Notes: generated from the letters alone by a model not told the origin. A DNA stretch of 64,000 nt from a virus (IMGVR_UViG_3300014205_000006:37278-101277); one strand, 5' to 3'; shown: positions 1 to 10,450, counted from the first letter of the stretch. Numbers and translations: made by a program.

Positions 1-2
1 GG

Positions 3-932
3 GAGTCCTGCCCCACCTCGTTCGATGACCCCGAGGGCAAGTGCAACTGTCGCAACCTCCGCGATGACCAGCAGCCTTCGTACCGCTTCGGCGTCTACAT
101 GTACGTCCTCGCGCAGTACCACTTCAAGCAGCCGACCGGGAACAACGGTCAGACGGCTTCGTGGGCCAAGGACTGGCAGGCAGTCAACATCTCGCAGGCG
201 CTCGTCCACATGATGAACGACCCGCAGGACATGAACACCGTGGACAAGGGCGTCCGGTACTTCCAAGACCGGCCCGGCTTCAAGGTGTGGTTCCGTGGCC
301 CCGGCAAGGATGGCTACTACACCGAGCGGCTCTGGACCATCGCCTCGATGATGCCCAACCAGAACCTGTCGGCCAAGAACGTCCTCATCGCCCGGAAGCC
401 GGACGGCAAGATCGGCCTCCACTTCATCAACGGTCGCATCGAGGACGTCAAGTCCAACGGCGAGATCAGCAACCCCGTCATCACGTTGGACATCGCGCCC
501 GACGGCATCGTGGAGTGCAACGTCCCGCTGAACGACACCGACCGCGCGAAGATGATGCGGCTGTACGACGCGCTGCCCCCGGTGCGTGAGTTCTTCCTCG
601 ACAACTTCAAGTGGCCGCTCTTCAAGGACGAGGACAGCGAGGCCGTGGACGAGGGCCCGCAGCCGCCGGTCGTGATGCAGCAGCCGGTCGCCGCGCCGCC
701 CGCGCCGGTGTACGAGGCCCCGGCCCCCGTCGCCGAGGCCCCGGTGTACCAGCCGCCCGTCGAGGCCCCGGTCGCCGTCGCTCCGCCGCCGGTTGCCGCC
801 GTGCCGGACTCGGGCCCGCGTCACGCGCCGCCGCCGCCCACGCCCGTCCCGCCCTCTGACATCGCGTCCGAGGGGCTGGAGCGGTTCGAGCCCGAGGCCA
901 CGGCCCCGCGCCGAACCTTCATGCCGGAATAG
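3..932 (+). CDS. 5'-truncated probable ssDNA-binding protein (T4 gp32-like) with Pro/acidic tail
   Basis: Frame is open from the window edge (ESCPTSFDDPEGKCNCRN...RFGVYMYV). Cys cluster plus beta-strand resembles the gp32 Zn site; low-complexity acidic/Pro C-terminus; replication context. Confidence 0.45.
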   Translation, partial: ESCPTSFDDPEGKCNCRNLRDDQQPSYRFGVYMYVLAQYHFKQPTGNNGQTASWAKDWQAVNISQALVHMMNDPQDMNTVDKGVRYFQDRPGFKVWFRGPGKDGYYTERLWTIASMMPNQNLSAKNVLIARKPDGKIGLHFINGRIEDVKSNGEISNPVITLDIAPDGIVECNVPLNDTDRAKMMRLYDALPPVREFFLDNFKWPLFKDEDSEAVDEGPQPPVVMQQPVAAPPAPVYEAPAPVAEAPVYQPPVEAPVAVAPPPVAAVPDSGPRHAPPPPTPVPPSDIASEGLERFEPEATAPRRTFMPE

Positions 933-937
933 CAACC

Positions 938-1801
938 GTGAAGTGCGCCCGGTGCGGGTATGGCTGGTCGAAGGATTGCGATACCCCGCACTCGGGCCCT
1001 TGCGGTTGCGGCGCTTGGCACGAGTTCGGCCTTGGCTGCTACGGCAAGCCGGAGCCGGACTACAGACGCAATGGAGTTGAAGTGACGAATGAACCGGCAG
1101 AACCGGCTGTGAACTTCGGGATGGGACTGACCGTCAGCCCTGCCCCGTACGAGTCCATCAGGGCGGATGTGACGTTCCTGAACGTCACGCCCGCGAACAT
1201 CGAGCAGGTGATCCAAGACGCGAAGCCCCTCATCGAACGTCTGTTCGAGGCGGCGCTGGGACACCTTGACGACGCGGTGACCGACGTGAGGGCAGACCGC
1301 TATGGCGGCCAGCCGCGCGTCGTGAACGCGCTCAAGCCCAAGACCTGCGGCGTGTGCGGAGGCCCGTTCCCTCAGGGCCATCGGTCGGACGAGTGCGACG
1401 CATACCGTGTCGGCACGTACACACCGACGAACGTCCCCGTCATCAACTCGATGGAGACGCTCGCCGAGGCCGTGACGGCCCAGTCCAACGCCAAGCGCAA
1501 CCCGAAGGTCATCGCCGCCGAGCGCGCGAAGCAAGTCGAGGCGATCAAGGCGATGCAGACGGTGCTGGCGGGCGAGGGCGTGCCGCTGAGCATCTTGGAG
1601 AACGTCAGGAACACCCTCGCCGAGGGCGCGAGTCCTGAGGAGTTCCGTCAAGCCGTGACCGATGTTCTCACCGGCGCGATGTCTCTGGGCGGCGAGAAGG
1701 CAGACGACGCACCCCCGCCGACCGTCGCCCCGGCGTGGAAGAGGCCGGAGCCGATGGTGAATGCCGCCGTCGCCGCTAAGAAGGGGCTGGTGCTCGAATG
1801 A
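938..1801 (+). CDS. hypothetical protein with Cys/His Zn-binding motifs
   Basis: 287 aa ORF, CxxC motifs, ATGA-coupled to the next gene. Confidence 0.6.
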   Translation: MKCARCGYGWSKDCDTPHSGPCGCGAWHEFGLGCYGKPEPDYRRNGVEVTNEPAEPAVNFGMGLTVSPAPYESIRADVTFLNVTPANIEQVIQDAKPLIERLFEAALGHLDDAVTDVRADRYGGQPRVVNALKPKTCGVCGGPFPQGHRSDECDAYRVGTYTPTNVPVINSMETLAEAVTAQSNAKRNPKVIAAERAKQVEAIKAMQTVLAGEGVPLSILENVRNTLAEGASPEEFRQAVTDVLTGAMSLGGEKADDAPPPTVAPAWKRPEPMVNAAVAAKKGLVLE

Positions 1802-2613
1802 AGGTCTGCGTACTCGGCGCGGGCCCCGCTGGCCTGATGGCCGCCTACGCCGCCATCGAGGCGGGCCACGAGGTCAAGGTCATCGACAAGGCCATCGCGT
1901 ACGACATCGGCCAGCGCTTGGCCAGCGGTCAGTTGAACGCGGGCGTGTTCCTGCTCCACGACCGCTGCGGGCTCTTGCCGCTCTGGGGGCGTGACGAGCC
2001 GGTGATCTACGGCGTCATGGGCGGCGACCTTCGCCGGACGTCTGAACTCGGGCGGGAATACTCGCTCAAGGTGTATGGCGCTCCGAACGTCGACACGAGC
2101 ATCAACAAGTATGGCCTCGCCGGGCCTCGCATCGAGTACGACGGCACGGCGGCGACTTGGCTCCTGTTCGACATCGTGAAGCCGTTCATCGTGCAGGGCG
2201 ACGTGACGCTGGACACGCTCATCGCGGAGTTGAACAACAACGACCGGGTGATCAGCACCGTCCCGCTCAGCGTCCTTCACCCCGGCGAGATGCCGCATGT
2301 CCAGGCGTGGGTGAAGCACGGCTCGAATAAGGGCGAGTCATACGTCTGGTACGCGCCGCAACCGGCGCTCGCGTGGTACCGGGCGTCAGCGGCCTTCGGA
2401 CGCTTCACGCTTGAGTGGCCGGGGCACATCGACCAGCCCGACCCCGGCGCGCGCCGCATTGTGAAGCCCATCAAGCCCTCGCCCGAGGGGCAAGCGTTCA
2501 TCGACGCGTGGGAGGCGACCAACCACGTGCTCTTCACGGGTCGGTTCGGACGCTGGGACAAGTCCATCGAGCAGCACAACGTGTACGAGGCGGTCTTGGA
2601 GTTCCTCCGATGA
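1798..2613 (+). CDS. FAD/NAD(P)-dependent oxidoreductase (UDP-galactopyranose mutase-like fold)
   Basis: N-terminal VLGAGPAGL dinucleotide-binding motif and C-terminal FTGRFGRW. Confidence 0.7.
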   Translation: MKVCVLGAGPAGLMAAYAAIEAGHEVKVIDKAIAYDIGQRLASGQLNAGVFLLHDRCGLLPLWGRDEPVIYGVMGGDLRRTSELGREYSLKVYGAPNVDTSINKYGLAGPRIEYDGTAATWLLFDIVKPFIVQGDVTLDTLIAELNNNDRVISTVPLSVLHPGEMPHVQAWVKHGSNKGESYVWYAPQPALAWYRASAAFGRFTLEWPGHIDQPDPGARRIVKPIKPSPEGQAFIDAWEATNHVLFTGRFGRWDKSIEQHNVYEAVLEFLR

Positions 2614-3428
2614 CCGAGTTCGAGGACATGTGGGATGAGCAGAAGGGCTTTCAGGCCCTGATGGGCGAGGACGCGCTGCCCGAGGCAGACCGCATCGCGC
2701 GCCTCGGTGAACTCGCCCTGCTCGCGACCGGCGAGGGCGTGGACATGCTCAACGCGCTCGGCTACAAGCATCATCGCCCGTTCGTGAAGCCGAACTGGGC
2801 GAATGCCCGCGCCGAGTACGTCGACATGCTCAAGTACACGCTGGCCATCGGCGTCGTGTCGGGCTTCAACGTCCAAGCCGTGGTCTCGGACTTCTGGAGC
2901 AAGTCAGACGTCGTGAAGCAGCGCTACCTGCGCGAGCGCAACGAGGACAGGTCGCAGCCTTGCGCCATCTTCGACCTCGACGGCGTGATCGCGCACTACA
3001 ACGCGCCGAGCGCCGAGGAGATTGCCGATGGCGCGTTCCTCCGCGCTGAGCCGTACCTCACGACTCGCGCGCTGCTCGGCAAGGTGCAGGCGGCGGGCTT
3101 GCGGGTCGTGATCATCACCGCTCGCAAGGAGACGCGCTATCGCAACGTCGTCACTGACACGGAGCGCTGGCTGAAGATGCACGCCGTGCCGTATGACTCC
3201 CTCATCTTCGCGTTCGACAAGCGGACGGCGGCAGAGGACTTCGCGCCGGTGTTCGCCGTCGAGGACTCGCCGAAGCATGCGATGGACTACGCATCGGCGG
3301 GCATCCGCACTTGGCTGATCACCCCTTCGGCGGCGCTGATGCCGCCGACTCCGAACCTGACGATTCGGTACTCGGTCTCAGAGGCCGTGAGCGACATCGA
3401 AACGCTGTTGGCGGGACGCACCGCATGA
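2610..3428 (+). CDS. dimeric dUTPase/MazG-like NTP pyrophosphatase fused to a HAD phosphatase
   Basis: N-half GEGVDML..YKHHR..AEYVDMLKY; C-half IFDLDGV, ITAR, VEDSP (HAD motifs). ATG at 2610 overlaps the upstream stop. Confidence 0.75.
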   Translation: MTEFEDMWDEQKGFQALMGEDALPEADRIARLGELALLATGEGVDMLNALGYKHHRPFVKPNWANARAEYVDMLKYTLAIGVVSGFNVQAVVSDFWSKSDVVKQRYLRERNEDRSQPCAIFDLDGVIAHYNAPSAEEIADGAFLRAEPYLTTRALLGKVQAAGLRVVIITARKETRYRNVVTDTERWLKMHAVPYDSLIFAFDKRTAAEDFAPVFAVEDSPKHAMDYASAGIRTWLITPSAALMPPTPNLTIRYSVSEAVSDIETLLAGRTA

Positions 3429-3847
3429 AGTTGGGCGAGCCAGAGGAGTTGAAGTTGACGCAGATTGAAGAGGGCACCCGTTCCGTGGTCGTGGACTTCA
3501 TCCACACCGATGAGGGGCTCACGATGTCGTGGCAGGGCATCGAACTGCCGCGCGAGGAGTTCTTCAAGTTCCTCGACGGACTGAAGCGCATCATCGGGAT
3601 GAGGGCGGCGATGCTCTCCCACCCGCAGACCGGCATCTGGCGCGTTGACGAGGCCTCGCTGAAGGCCTACGGCAAGACGCAGGACGCGACGCGGCCCTTG
3701 ATCGAGGGCTACATTCAGGGCTACTTCGGCGTGGGCTCGGTCGAGGTCACCGTGTCAGACGCCCGGACGCCCGCGCCCATCTCCTCGCCGCCGTCCGCCG
3801 TTGGCGGCCCCTCGTGGCGGCAGCGCCAAGCGGAGGGTCTGCGATGA
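3425..3847 (+). CDS. hypothetical protein
   Basis: ATGA-coupled on both sides. Confidence 0.6.
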   Translation: MKLGEPEELKLTQIEEGTRSVVVDFIHTDEGLTMSWQGIELPREEFFKFLDGLKRIIGMRAAMLSHPQTGIWRVDEASLKAYGKTQDATRPLIEGYIQGYFGVGSVEVTVSDARTPAPISSPPSAVGGPSWRQRQAEGLR

Positions 3848-6800
3848 CCCTCATCGGCCCTGAGGACTTCGTTGACCTCCACGTCCACACGACCTTCTCA
3901 TACCTCGACGGGATTGGGCACCCCGCCGACGTGATCAAGCGCGCCGCCGAGTTGGGGCGCAAGGCGATTGCGATCACAGACCACGGCAGCGTCTCCGGCC
4001 ACCCGTACTTCGAGATTGCCGCCGGGAAGTCTGGCATCAAACCCATCTTCGGCTGCGAGGTGTACCAGACCGGCTCGGCGGCGGGCGACAAGGCGAACAA
4101 GAAGCGGGTCAACCGTCACCTGTCCGTCCTCGCCCGGAATGAGCGCGGCTACCAGAACCTGCTCGGCCTCGTGAGCCAGTCATACCGTGACTTCTACTAC
4201 AAACCGCTCACGGACAACAAGAACCTCGGCGATCACCTTGAAGGCCTTGTCGTGATGTCCGGGTGCCTCTCGGGTCACATCGCTGAGCGACTCCTCATCA
4301 ACGACTTCGACGGCGCGTTGAAGGCTGCGCAAGCCTTCCGTGACGCGCTCGGCGATGACTACTACCTTGAGACCCAGTTGTTCGACCTTGACGACACGCG
4401 CAAGGTGAACTACGGCGTGATGGACTTGGCGAAGCAGACCGGCATCCCGCTCGTGATGACCGGCGACGTCCACATGATGACGGAGGATCAGCGCGACGTT
4501 CGCAAGTTGCTCCACAAGGTGCGCGACGGCAAGGGCTGGTATGACGAGGACGCGGGTGACTTCCAGTACCTGTCCGAGTACCAGTTGCTCCCGCACGAGT
4601 TGGAGCACTTCGCTGACAAGGCCGGGCTGCTCCCCATCTTCAAGGAGGCGGCGGAGAACACGCTGGCCATCGCCGAGAAGTGCACGGTGGCCATCCCCAA
4701 GTCCGAGTTCATCCACTTCCCGATTCCGTGCCTTGAGTGCGGCGAGGACGAGGTTCAGCACGACGGCTCGAAGTGTGTTGGCGGGTACGTCCCGCGCTTC
4801 AAGTCGAATGCCGAGATGTTCTATCAGCAGATTCACGATGGCTGCGCCTTCAGGGGAGTTGACTTCAACAACCCGACGATCAAGGCACGCATCTTGTACG
4901 AGGCGGGGCTGATCGAGTCCAAGAACTTCACTGACTACTTCCTCGTGGTCGGTGACCTCGTGCGGTGGTCGAAGGATCAAGGCATCTTGGTCGGCCCGTC
5001 GCGCGGCTCCTCGGCGGGCTCGCTCATCTGCTGGCTCCTGCGCATCACGGAGATCAACCCTCTGGACTTCGGGCTCCTGTTCGAACGCTTCATCGATGTG
5101 CTGCGCTCCGATCTGCCCGACATCGACATCGACTTCGACTCGAACAAGCGCCAGCAAGTCCGTGACTACATGGCGCGGAAGTACGGCAACGACCGGGTGG
5201 GGATGCTCGGAACCTTCACGCAGTGGAAGGGCAAGAACGCCCTCGACTCGGTAGGCCGCGTGTTCGGCATCCCCAAGACTGACGTCGAGACAGTGAAGAA
5301 CCTGATCATCGACCGTTCGAGCGCTGACGCTCGCGCCGGGGCGACGATTGAGGACACGTTCTCAGCGTTCCCTGCGGCAGAGGCGGTCGCGAAGAAGTAC
5401 CCCGACATCATGCGAGCGGTCGCCCTTGAGGGACAGTACAAGGGGTGGTCAACTCACGCTTGCGGCTTCATGGTCTCCTCGCGCCCGTTGGAGGAGGTCT
5501 GCGCGTTCTACTACAAGCCTGACGACCCTCACGGCATCGTCAGCGTCGACAAGAAGGGCGCTGACCACCTCGGGCTCATCAAGATTGACATCCTCGGCAT
5601 CTCGGCGCTGTCGGTCATCCAAGAGTGCCTCACGGCGACCGGGATGTCGATGGGCGACCTGTATGACATGACGCGCCCGGACTCGCTCGCCGACCCGATG
5701 GTGCTCGACGGCTTCAGCCGTCAGGACATCTTCGGCATCTTCCAGTTCGAGGGGAACGCCATGCGCTCCGTCCTCAGCGAGTTCGATGCGCCGGTCACGT
5801 TCGCGGAGTTGGCCGATATGGTCGCCCTCTGTCGGCCCGGCCCACTCCACGGCGGCATGACGCGCAACTACGTCCTGATCAGGAACGGCATCGGCGAGCC
5901 GACCACCCTTCACCCGTCCGTGGACGAGCAACTGGCCTACACGTACGGACAGGTGGTCTATCAGGAGCAACTGCTCAACATCGCCCGCTACGTCGGCCAG
6001 ATGACTTGGGAGTCGATCAACGACCTCCGCAACTCGATGGCCCGCAAGTACGGCAAGGAGCACATGAACTCCATGCGCGAGGAGTTCGTGACGGGCTCTG
6101 TGAAGTCCGGCCTGACGGAGGCGCAGGCAATCGCCACGTGGGAGTCGATGGTCTCGTTCGGACAGTGGGCCTTCAACCTCTCGCACAGCGTCGGATACGC
6201 CATCCTCGCGTACTGGGCGATGTACTTCAAGCAGCACTACCCGACGCAGTTCTACGCAGCCGCGTTGAACAACGGGCCGGACGACAACCTCAAGCGGATG
6301 TACCTCTTGGAGTTCCAGCGGAAGGGCGGCGTGATCCTGCCGCCGCACATCAACAAGTCCGGCTCCGGCTGGACGGTGGACTCCCACATGCGGATTCGCG
6401 CCGGGTTCGCCGCCATCGACGGCATCGGCGATACGGTCGCCGCCCGCATCGTGGCGGGACAGCCGTACGCCGACGCTGCCGACCTCGCCGGGCGACGGAC
6501 TCACCAGCCGACCATCGCCAACCCGAACCGGATGGCCGTGGTCGCGAACAAGGCTCACATCGCCGCCCTCGACCGCGTGGGCGCGTGGAGTGACGAGGAG
6601 GCGATGGATGACTTCCTCGGTCTCAAGTCGCTCACCGATGCGCTTGACAACTGCGGGGCGACGCACAAGATCGGCCTGATCCAACACGCCGACGAAGGCG
6701 ACATGTTCGTGGCGGGCGTGCTCTCGCGTCGCAACCAGCGCTCCACCGCTGAAGAGGAGCACGAGCGCTCCCGGCGCGTTGACCCGGTGACGGGCGAGTT

Positions 6801-7134
6801 GCAGATCATCGAGCGCCGGGCGCTGTCGCGACCCGACCTTGACGAGTTCTGCATCTTCAACGTCGAGGACGACACCGGCATCATCGTCGGATACGTCAAC
6901 CGCTTCCGCTACCCGAAGTTCAAGCAACTGATCTGGCAGACGGCTCGCGACGGCGACATCGTCCTGCTCCAAGGCACGAAGTCAGCCGGGCGTCGCCGCG
7001 TGGACGTGGACTACATGGAGATCATGTACCGTCAGCGGCCTGATCGGACGTACCAGCCCTATGACCAGTGGGTCGAGGAGCAAGAGGAGGCTGAAGCAGC
7101 CGCCGCAGCACTGGCGCAGGAGGCGACGGCATGA
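3844..7134 (+). CDS. dnaE: DNA polymerase III alpha subunit (phage-encoded family C polymerase)
   Basis: PHP motifs HVHT/TDHG/GCE, GPSRGSSAGS, catalytic PDIDIDF, KIDILG, FNLSHS, C-terminal OB fold (VEDDTG). Confidence 0.95.
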   Translation: MTLIGPEDFVDLHVHTTFSYLDGIGHPADVIKRAAELGRKAIAITDHGSVSGHPYFEIAAGKSGIKPIFGCEVYQTGSAAGDKANKKRVNRHLSVLARNERGYQNLLGLVSQSYRDFYYKPLTDNKNLGDHLEGLVVMSGCLSGHIAERLLINDFDGALKAAQAFRDALGDDYYLETQLFDLDDTRKVNYGVMDLAKQTGIPLVMTGDVHMMTEDQRDVRKLLHKVRDGKGWYDEDAGDFQYLSEYQLLPHELEHFADKAGLLPIFKEAAENTLAIAEKCTVAIPKSEFIHFPIPCLECGEDEVQHDGSKCVGGYVPRFKSNAEMFYQQIHDGCAFRGVDFNNPTIKARILYEAGLIESKNFTDYFLVVGDLVRWSKDQGILVGPSRGSSAGSLICWLLRITEINPLDFGLLFERFIDVLRSDLPDIDIDFDSNKRQQVRDYMARKYGNDRVGMLGTFTQWKGKNALDSVGRVFGIPKTDVETVKNLIIDRSSADARAGATIEDTFSAFPAAEAVAKKYPDIMRAVALEGQYKGWSTHACGFMVSSRPLEEVCAFYYKPDDPHGIVSVDKKGADHLGLIKIDILGISALSVIQECLTATGMSMGDLYDMTRPDSLADPMVLDGFSRQDIFGIFQFEGNAMRSVLSEFDAPVTFAELADMVALCRPGPLHGGMTRNYVLIRNGIGEPTTLHPSVDEQLAYTYGQVVYQEQLLNIARYVGQMTWESINDLRNSMARKYGKEHMNSMREEFVTGSVKSGLTEAQAIATWESMVSFGQWAFNLSHSVGYAILAYWAMYFKQHYPTQFYAAALNNGPDDNLKRMYLLEFQRKGGVILPPHINKSGSGWTVDSHMRIRAGFAAIDGIGDTVAARIVAGQPYADAADLAGRRTHQPTIANPNRMAVVANKAHIAALDRVGAWSDEEAMDDFLGLKSLTDALDNCGATHKIGLIQHADEGDMFVAGVLSRRNQRSTAEEEHERSRRVDPVTGELQIIERRALSRPDLDEFCIFNVEDDTGIIVGYVNRFRYPKFKQLIWQTARDGDIVLLQGTKSAGRRRVDVDYMEIMYRQRPDRTYQPYDQWVEEQEEAEAAAAALAQEATA

Positions 7135-7598
7135 TGTACATCGGCATCGACCCCGGAGTGACGGGCGCAATCGCGTTCATCAACCCGGAGGGATTCTCAT
7201 GGGTCGAGGACACGCCGGTCGAGAAGGCGACGTCAGGCCACAACTACCTCGGCGCGTCGATGGCGGCGCTGATCAAGAGCGTCGAGCGCAACGGCATCGT
7301 CCACGCGTGCATCGAGGACATCGTAACGCTGCCCGGGCAGAACCCGGCGCACGTCGCCAAGCGCGGGCGTGGGCTCGGCATCTGGGAGGGAATCCTGCTG
7401 GCGGAGGGCATCCCCTACACCATCGTGCGCCCTCACATCTGGAAGAAAGAGATGGGGCTGTCGTCCGACAAGTCGAGCAGCCGGGCGCTCGCTCAGCAAC
7501 TGCACCCTGACCTCGCCGCGTGCTTCGCTCGCGTCAAGGATGACGGGCGCGCCGAGGCAGCGCTGATCGCCGACTACGGCATGCGGAAGGGGTTGTAA
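7131..7598 (+). CDS. RuvC-like Holliday junction resolvase
   Basis: IGIDPGVTGA, acidic IED, PxxWK, DGRAEAALIA. Confidence 0.85.
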   Translation: MMYIGIDPGVTGAIAFINPEGFSWVEDTPVEKATSGHNYLGASMAALIKSVERNGIVHACIEDIVTLPGQNPAHVAKRGRGLGIWEGILLAEGIPYTIVRPHIWKKEMGLSSDKSSSRALAQQLHPDLAACFARVKDDGRAEAALIADYGMRKGL

Positions 7599-8608
7599 TG
7601 GCCGGCAAGAAGCAGATGACGAGCATCGCAGACCTTCACAAGAAGCACCTGCTGATGAAGGGCGATGACCCTCGGCTGGTCATCAAGTACCTCTCGACCG
7701 GCATCGGCGCGCTGGACGAGATCACCGGCGGCGGCATCCCGCGCGGACGCGTCAGCCTCGCCGTGGGGCGCGAGTCGGCGGGCAAGACGTTGATCTGCCA
7801 GTACACGGCGGCGGAGACGCAGCGTCAGGGCGGGACGGTCGCCCTCATCGATGCCGAGCAGGCATTCGACGGCGACTGGTGGGCCGGGACGGGCGTGAAC
7901 GTCAGCGACCTCATCCTCAGCCGCCCGTCGAATGGCGAGGAGGCCGTGGATGTTGCGATGGCGCTGGTCGGCGAGGTTGACCTCATCCTCATCGACTCGA
8001 TGGCAGCGCTCATCCCCTCGGCGGTGATGGAGCAGTCGGCGGAGGACAACAACGTCGCCGGGCTCTCGCGCGTCCACAAGAAGTTGTTCGACCGCATCAT
8101 CGCTCCGCTCGGACTCAGCAAGACCGCGATTCTGGCCACCAACCAGTTCAGGGTCGCCATCGGGAATCCCGACCCGAGCGCCGTGTCGTTCCCCGGCGGC
8201 GAGGCGCAGCGCTTCTGGTCCAGCCTGACGATGCGAGTGTCGAAGGGCGGCTGGATTGAGACCGGCGGCGAGAAGATGGGCTTCAAGGTCGGCGTGTACG
8301 TCATGAAGAACAAGACTGGCCGCGCCTACAGGTCTGTTACGCTGCCGTTCACCTTCGATGGCCTGTTCGACTACGTGACCGTGGTCGTGGCGGAGGCCAT
8401 CGACAAGGAGATCATCCAACACTCGGGCGCGTGGTACCGCTTCCCGTCCGAATGGCCGGTGGCCATCGTTCCTGATGCCGGGTACGGGCTCCTGCCCGAG
8501 GCGCACCGTGTGCAGGGACTCGACAAGGTGCATCAAATCTTCGCTCAGAACCCGGAGGCGCTTGAGTGCCTCAAGGCGGCGACGTACGCCAAGGAGGAGG
8601 TCGCGTGA
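7598..8608 (+). CDS. recA: RecA-like recombinase
   Basis: GGGIPRGR, GRESAGKT, IDAEQ, IDSMAAL, NQFR, PGG, KNK. Confidence 0.92.
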   Translation: MAGKKQMTSIADLHKKHLLMKGDDPRLVIKYLSTGIGALDEITGGGIPRGRVSLAVGRESAGKTLICQYTAAETQRQGGTVALIDAEQAFDGDWWAGTGVNVSDLILSRPSNGEEAVDVAMALVGEVDLILIDSMAALIPSAVMEQSAEDNNVAGLSRVHKKLFDRIIAPLGLSKTAILATNQFRVAIGNPDPSAVSFPGGEAQRFWSSLTMRVSKGGWIETGGEKMGFKVGVYVMKNKTGRAYRSVTLPFTFDGLFDYVTVVVAEAIDKEIIQHSGAWYRFPSEWPVAIVPDAGYGLLPEAHRVQGLDKVHQIFAQNPEALECLKAATYAKEEVA

Positions 8609-8739
8609 CGAACTCATCGCAGTGCGTGGTGTGCCCTCACAAAGCCGCCGAGCACGTCATGGCAGAGAACGCGCAGGGGTGGCAGGGCGACTACTGCACC
8701 CTCTGCCGGACTCGTTGTAACGCAAGGAAGCCGCGATGA
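8605..8739 (+). CDS. 44 aa Cys-rich protein (not in ORF track)
   Basis: GTG start overlapping the recA stop; CVVC...H...CTLC..C; stop overlaps the next ATG. Confidence 0.55.
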   Translation: MTNSSQCVVCPHKAAEHVMAENAQGWQGDYCTLCRTRCNARKPR

Positions 8740-9110
8740 GCGCGGGCGCGACCGGCACGGGCATCGAGCGCACGCTACGCGGGCTGCTACGCCACCTCAA
8801 CCTCATCGTCGTGGACGAGAGGCCCTTTGACCCCTACAGGGTTGATCTGTACTGCCCCGAGTTGCACGTCGCATTCGAGGCGGACGGGCCGACGCACGGC
8901 TTCAGCGGGCGCGACAGGAAGCGCGACGGGGAGTTGGCCGAGAAGTACGGGCTGGTTGTGTACCGCGTCCCGCTCGCCCGGCTCCGCAACGAGAAGCGCC
9001 GAGTGGAGGTGCTCGCCGAAATCGAGCAGTGCATCCCGCTCTGGACAGGGACGTACCTCAAGCGCGTGAAGCACGCTGACCGTCACGCGCCCGAGTGGAG
9101 GGGGATGTAA
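8736..9110 (+). CDS. DUF559/Vsr-like endonuclease
   Basis: YRVDLY...FEADGPTH...DRKRD pattern. Confidence 0.75.
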   Translation: MSAGATGTGIERTLRGLLRHLNLIVVDERPFDPYRVDLYCPELHVAFEADGPTHGFSGRDRKRDGELAEKYGLVVYRVPLARLRNEKRRVEVLAEIEQCIPLWTGTYLKRVKHADRHAPEWRGM

Positions 9111-9928
9111 TGCCGACCGGGAAGCGCCGCATCCTTGTTGACCCGAGGGACTGGCTCATCAACTTCATCTGGGCGGCGATCAACGACGCGCCCGGATGGA
9201 TCACCATCGGCCTCCAGAACAGCGAGTATGTGACGGGCGGGAACGCTTGGCACCACCCGTCCGGGCTCGCGAACCGCTGTCTGAGGGCCAAGCAGTTCGC
9301 GTTCATCGGCATGCCGAGCACAGACGACTCGTGGGGCGGGAAGGGCACGTATGCCGCCTTCCTCGGCACGGCGAGTCACAAGTTGTTCGCCCATCTCGTC
9401 TCGAACACCGACCCGATCATGGACGAGTTCAGGGCCAAGTACGCGGAGCCGCTCGCCCGGATTCACTCTGCCGAGGTCACGATCAACGAGCCGAATGTGC
9501 CCGTGCTGGGCACATTCGACGTTGACGTGATCGACTATGACGATGTGGATACGGTGGTCGACTGGAAGACGGTCGGCAACCTGCCGCGTGACCTGAAGGA
9601 AGATCACGCCGAGCAGATTCTCTGGTACATGTACATGAAGGGGCGCAAGCGCGGCTCCTTGATGTACATCTCGCGCATCAACGGCGACCACAAGCGCTTC
9701 GATGTCGACTGGGCGACGTACCGCCCGCTGTGGGAGCAGTCGGCGGCGGAAGCCGAGAAGGTGACCATCGCGACCGTGAACGGGGTGCTGGCCGACCGGA
9801 CGCCCCCGTCAAGGACTGACTGCCCCAAATGCCCGTTCTACACGGTCTGTGAGCGCACCGAAAACTCGGGCGACGAGTCATGGCGACCGCTCGCCCTCGC
9901 CGCCGTTGAAGAACTGATGGCGAGGTAG
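9110..9928 (+). CDS. Cas4-like PD-(D/E)XK exonuclease
   Basis: PSGLANRC, GTASH, GTFD..VVDWKT, QxxxY and C-terminal CPKCPFYTVC (four-Cys Fe-S staple). Confidence 0.8.
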   Translation: MPTGKRRILVDPRDWLINFIWAAINDAPGWITIGLQNSEYVTGGNAWHHPSGLANRCLRAKQFAFIGMPSTDDSWGGKGTYAAFLGTASHKLFAHLVSNTDPIMDEFRAKYAEPLARIHSAEVTINEPNVPVLGTFDVDVIDYDDVDTVVDWKTVGNLPRDLKEDHAEQILWYMYMKGRKRGSLMYISRINGDHKRFDVDWATYRPLWEQSAAEAEKVTIATVNGVLADRTPPSRTDCPKCPFYTVCERTENSGDESWRPLALAAVEELMAR

Positions 9929-9931
9929 CGC

Positions 9932-10450
9932 ATGGCCGCTTCGGACGCTTGGCCCACGGCTCGCATCTGGAATGAGGTGGGACTCTCCGGCCTTCCCGAC
10001 ATCGCGGTCGAGGGCGACCAGAACAAGTTGACCATCCACATGCCGCCCTCGGCGGATGGGCTCTCCCTCGGCGACCTCAGCAACGGCCTTCAGGAGTACG
10101 CGGCATACACCGCGTACGCGGCGACCGTCCTCAGCGCTGAAGAGGCGAAGGTCGAGTACATCGAGGACAAGTTTGAGCATGCGGTCGCGCTCGCCTCGGC
10201 GAAGATGCGGCAGGACCAGCCGGACGCCGTGAAGAAACTCACCGTGGACGGCATCCGGGCGCTCGTGATCGAGGGCGACCCGGAACTCATCGGGATGGCA
10301 GAGGAGTTGCGCATCGTCAACGCCCTCGTAAAGCGGCACACCCGGTTGTACGAGGGCTACAAGACTTCGTACAACGCCTACAGCAGGCAGGTCGAGTTCT
10401 TGCGCATCGAGCACGAGCAGACCCGGCAGACCGAAAGGCATGGACGTTGA
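9932..10450 (+). CDS. helical protein, possible UvsY-like recombination mediator
   Basis: Coiled-coil character, KLTVDGIRALV..DPE segment, sits with RecA and the exonuclease. Confidence 0.4.
   Translation: MAASDAWPTARIWNEVGLSGLPDIAVEGDQNKLTIHMPPSADGLSLGDLSNGLQEYAAYTAYAATVLSAEEAKVEYIEDKFEHAVALASAKMRQDQPDAVKKLTVDGIRALVIEGDPELIGMAEELRIVNALVKRHTRLYEGYKTSYNAYSRQVEFLRIEHEQTRQTERHGR

Noticed and set aside
3844-7134. Intein in DnaE (also considered for TerL and RecA)
   Set aside because: Lengths are normal and I saw no intein splice-junction or LAGLIDADG motifs.
9110-9928. Cas4-like gene as evidence of CRISPR-Cas
   Set aside because: No array or other cas genes; solo Cas4-like exonucleases are normal in phage recombination modules.
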